The notes beneath the pieces are model-generated. The model had not been told where the DNA came from. It worked only from the letters and a program-made list of their open reading frames with translations, and did no database searches. Below are positions 60,599 to 64,000 of a stretch of DNA of 64,000 nt, piece after piece. Origin of the DNA: Podospora anserina (Eukaryota). Where the stretch lies: assembly GCA_017654855.1 (NCBI GenBank), contig CM030333.1, forward strand, positions 4,836,001 through 4,900,000, given 5' to 3'. A program made the translations under genes and the position numbers. Each line of letters starts with the position of its first letter. Within the stretch, counting starts at the first letter, position 1.

Positions 60599-63129
60599 GG
60601 TAGCGGTCAGGTTTTGGAGAACTGAAAATCGAGTGTCGAAGAAGGGTGAATATACAGGGTCAAGGAATTATTGAGTTCGATGGCAAGAACTGCTCGTTAT
60701 CTCGAACTTGGTGAAAAGCAAGGCAGGAGTGAGAAAAAAAGATGGTTGATGCTGGGAAAACAAGGAAGGCCAGGAGGATGGGAGTATGCTGCACTCTATG
60801 CAAGACACAAGAGATATCAAGTCTGAAAAGAGAAGAGATTGGCGCTCAATCGCTGAGTGAAGGTGATGATGGCTTGGTGGTGTCCTGTCGACGGCAACTG
60901 GGGGCGAACCCCATTGACTTTATGTAGATGTCTCGACATGGTGGATATCAAACCGTTGAGGGGATCAAGACCAAAGACATCGCAAGGAGGACTCCGAATC
61001 AGAGTTCCCCCTAGAGGTACGTATCTTGGACGGGGTCAATGTGTGTGAGTGTGTGAGTGCGTGAGTGAGATGGCAGCATGCACGTTGTCGCGATAAACCC
61101 GGGACTAAGTCCCGGAGTATTTCGACAGCATGACTACGTCAAAGGCTTGGGTAAGTCTATACCCGCAGAGAGGACAGATTAGATCATCAGCCGCTTGATG
61201 CCCAGCCTGCAGGCCGGTGCCCTGTCGCACGAGGAGGGAGATGCATCGCCATGTTAGTGGAGGAGAGGTTTGATGGAGGTGGAGTGTCGAGATGCTACGT
61301 CGATTTCCTGCTATCCATGTGCCTTGCATTCCATTCCTCGTAGGGAGAAGGCCCCTACCTAGCTGGGCAGTGTTGTACCGTGAGTCCACACCCCCCTTTG
61401 TCCGTGATACCGAATGAATGCACGGCCTTGAACCTCCACCTCCCCCACCGCTGCAAGGCCTGAGATGTGAGAGGCTGGAGAGGGACGATGGAGGCAGCAG
61501 AATGACGGCGGCACACGGCTGCAACGGTGTGATTTCAGACGGGCCCTGGTCAGGCTGGACAAGAGCTGCAGGTCCAATGCAGCCTCCTATCGTTTGGGCG
61601 GCATCTCACGGCCAAAGGCTGTGGAAATGCCTTGAAGGGTTCGATATGGGACAAAAAGAGCCTCTCGGGCCCTGTCCTGGTGGCTTTGGATGGTTTGTGC
61701 ACCGTGATGTTGACAGGGGGGTCCCCGAAACGGCAGTTCTAACGAGTATTCAGCGACGCCACAGTAGATGGGCTAAACCGCTTTCGGGCCTCCCCGGTGA
61801 TGGCCAGAACGGCCAGAACTCTCCGTGGAGGCAGCTTGCTGTGGCTCAAGACTTCGGCAGCCAATGGCCTTCCTAGCCGTGTTGCCCAACAACTCCCAAC
61901 ACCGTTGCCGAACCAAGCTGAAGCAGCAAAAAACATCAATGGTGCAGTTTTGTCATTCGATTCCAGGCCAAATGTGAGCAAGTGGGAGGGACCGTCTTCC
62001 TTGGATAACCGTTTTTGGACTTTCTCGAAGTGTCTCGGACTGGTGATGACGGTGTTTTGCGGTGTGAGGACGGGACGAACGGCAGGCGGCGCCGTTGAGA
62101 GAGGCTTGAGAGGCTTGAAGCAGCCTTGGAGGGGATCCACGACCCCTCCTTCCATCCGCCAAACGCGAGACGACTTTCTCGCCAAGTCCACGAAGAAGGC
62201 TGCTTGTCAGCTTCTCAGGGCCCTCTGGTCGACCTGCAGCAGCGTGCATCGACCTCTCACAGTCCTTCCCACGCACCCGGATAACCTTGCCCCCATGAAC
62301 TATGCACTCATCGTCCGAACTCTTCTGCCACACTAATCCCCAACATGCCTAACCCGATCCCACGCACTCGGGTAGAATCCGAATTTGAGAGGCAGCTTTG
62401 TGGGTCCCTGCATGTAATTCCAAGTTGAAACCGACCAGAGTCGAAACGTCGATGAGGACCATCCCCAGATCCTGGCCGCTTTGCTGGCGGCCCAGAAGCC
62501 ACACACAAGAGCCGCTTGTTGACAACCGCACCAGTGGCATCTATTCCCGCATCTCCCGCCGTTGCTCCCGTCCAGGTTGCCACCGCGTGGTTTGGTCCGT
62601 GTGGCCGCAGGAATATGTAACTGCCCCGTCAGCAAAAGCAAAAGCATGTTGATGCGGTCACTGTCCGCCCAGTTGCGTTGAGGGTCTCGGTTCAGAGGCA
62701 CGAAGCTAGTGGGTAGATATCTGGCTGTTTCACACCGCAGCACGCACCCACAACGAGGAACGTCTTCAGCCTTCAAACGGTAAGCCACACTGGATACGAC
62801 ACAGGGCACACGGCTACGAGGCTACGCCCATTGTGACATGGTTGAATCTTGAACCGGTCTATTTTAGACGCTCTTTCCTGCATGCTGCATATGATAGATT
62901 CTATGGCACGAGTGAATGAACCGTAGCACAAAACAACGCGCGGGATGTGGATATAGGGGGTCCAAAAACCTCACCATATCATACCTGATTTCTTGTCTAC
63001 TCCCCCACTCCCTCACTCCCTCAGCCTGACCTTCCAAGAGCCCACAGCGAATCAGCACCTGGCATCCTGCCTGGTCGGCCGCGGCACTACACCCACTTTC
63101 CCCCGAGGTAGTATTTTCTCTCCATCACC

Positions 63130-63957
63130 TCAGTCCTTCTCGGCGATAGCCTGTAATCTGTCGTCGATCTCGTCCTCTGTAAGTGTCCTGAACCCAGGGT
63201 ATGTGCCTTCCTTGCCGTCTGGGCGTGGCCCTCCCACAATACCAATCTCAATCTCGGTCTTCTTGAAGTCCATGCTGAGGACCGTGCTCAGTGTTGTGAT
63301 TGCAAGCTCAACAACCTCCTTCCAATCACCGTCCGCATAATCCCGGTTCTTGAGCTTCTTCTCGAGATGATTGAGCGCCTCCTGCTGCTTGGGACCCGCA
63401 GCTGTGCCCTTGTAACCGATATAGTAACCGGCGGGGTCGCACTTGAATAACTGCGGCCCCAACTCGGAATCGAGGGAGATCAGCGTCACAGCGAGACCAT
63501 ATGGGCGCATGTATGCCTAGCAAGGATGTCAGCTTCGATATTCCAATATTCCCCTGCCAAGGCAAGTCAATATTTCCCGTCGTCATACCCGTTGAGTGTA
63601 CACTTGACTGATATTGGCAAGTCTCTTGGCCAGAGCATCGCATGGCATCTCATAGCCAAACTTGTATCTGAACTCGGCCGCTTCTGACTGGGCACGCTGG
63701 GAGAACGCTCGCGCATCTGCGATGGAGCCTGTCATGACGCAACCAACCGAGGGCGAGATCTGGAAGATGTGTGTGACGGAAGAAGGGTCGATGAGCTTGT
63801 CCTGCACCACGCTGTTAGAGCTGACCGGCTAGGCAGCAGAATATCGGTTGCTTCTGACGTACTGGAACCTTCTTCTGGGACAGGACAACAGCGCAGTCCT
63901 TGCCCCTGACGCCAATGGACATGATGTTGGCGGCTGTGATGGCCTTGAAGGCATATT
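63130..63957 (-). CDS. SCL1: 20S proteasome subunit alpha-1 (PSMA6 type); the 5' part lies beyond the window
   Basis: EYAFKAI...[30 protein letters not shown]...[46 protein letters not shown]...KCDPAGYY...[14 protein letters not shown]...LQAIAEKD. Confidence 0.96.
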
Positions 63958-64000
63958 CTGCAGGACATCCCTTTGTCAGTCTCTCTCCTACTCAGACGCA

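Noticed and set aside
61418..62809. ORFs of 150-180 aa between the unknown gene and the proteasome gene
   Set aside because: Low-information R/G/S/P-rich translations overlapping on both strands, with no domain or codon-bias support.

Overview
Gene-dense eukaryotic DNA from a filamentous ascomycete. Short GT-AG introns with CTRAY branch points, con-6 and the gene content point to Sordariales, possibly Podospora; the genus is an inference. I can reconstruct about 23 protein-coding genes: RPP1, a DUF2408/UPF0662 protein, a YCII-like protein, a UBA-C2H2-UBX protein, SCS2/VAP, a Kv-beta-type aldo-keto reductase, sphingolipid delta-4 desaturase, arylamine N-acetyltransferase, VAC7, a coiled-coil protein, a head-to-head RPL30/RPL10 pair, two large proteins of unknown function, DIM1, an alpha-arrestin, a MIZ/SP-RING protein, UTP15, an Inn1/Fic1-like C2 protein, con-6, TMEM234, a small unknown protein and a 5'-truncated proteasome alpha-1 gene. 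I see no tRNA, rRNA, CRISPR array or intact transposon. The region is mostly core housekeeping genes, and I found no complete novel system. The best leads are a Rab11-FIP-like motif in the coiled-coil protein, a 222-nt stop-free in-frame intron in VAC7, a 6x YSTSPG repeat in the Inn1-like protein, recurrent C-rich to G-rich switches inside genes, shared ribosomal-protein promoter words, and a stop-interrupted gene relic beside a RIP-like patch at 56.5-57.4 kb. Exon boundaries were derived by hand and family names come from motif recognition; no database search was run.
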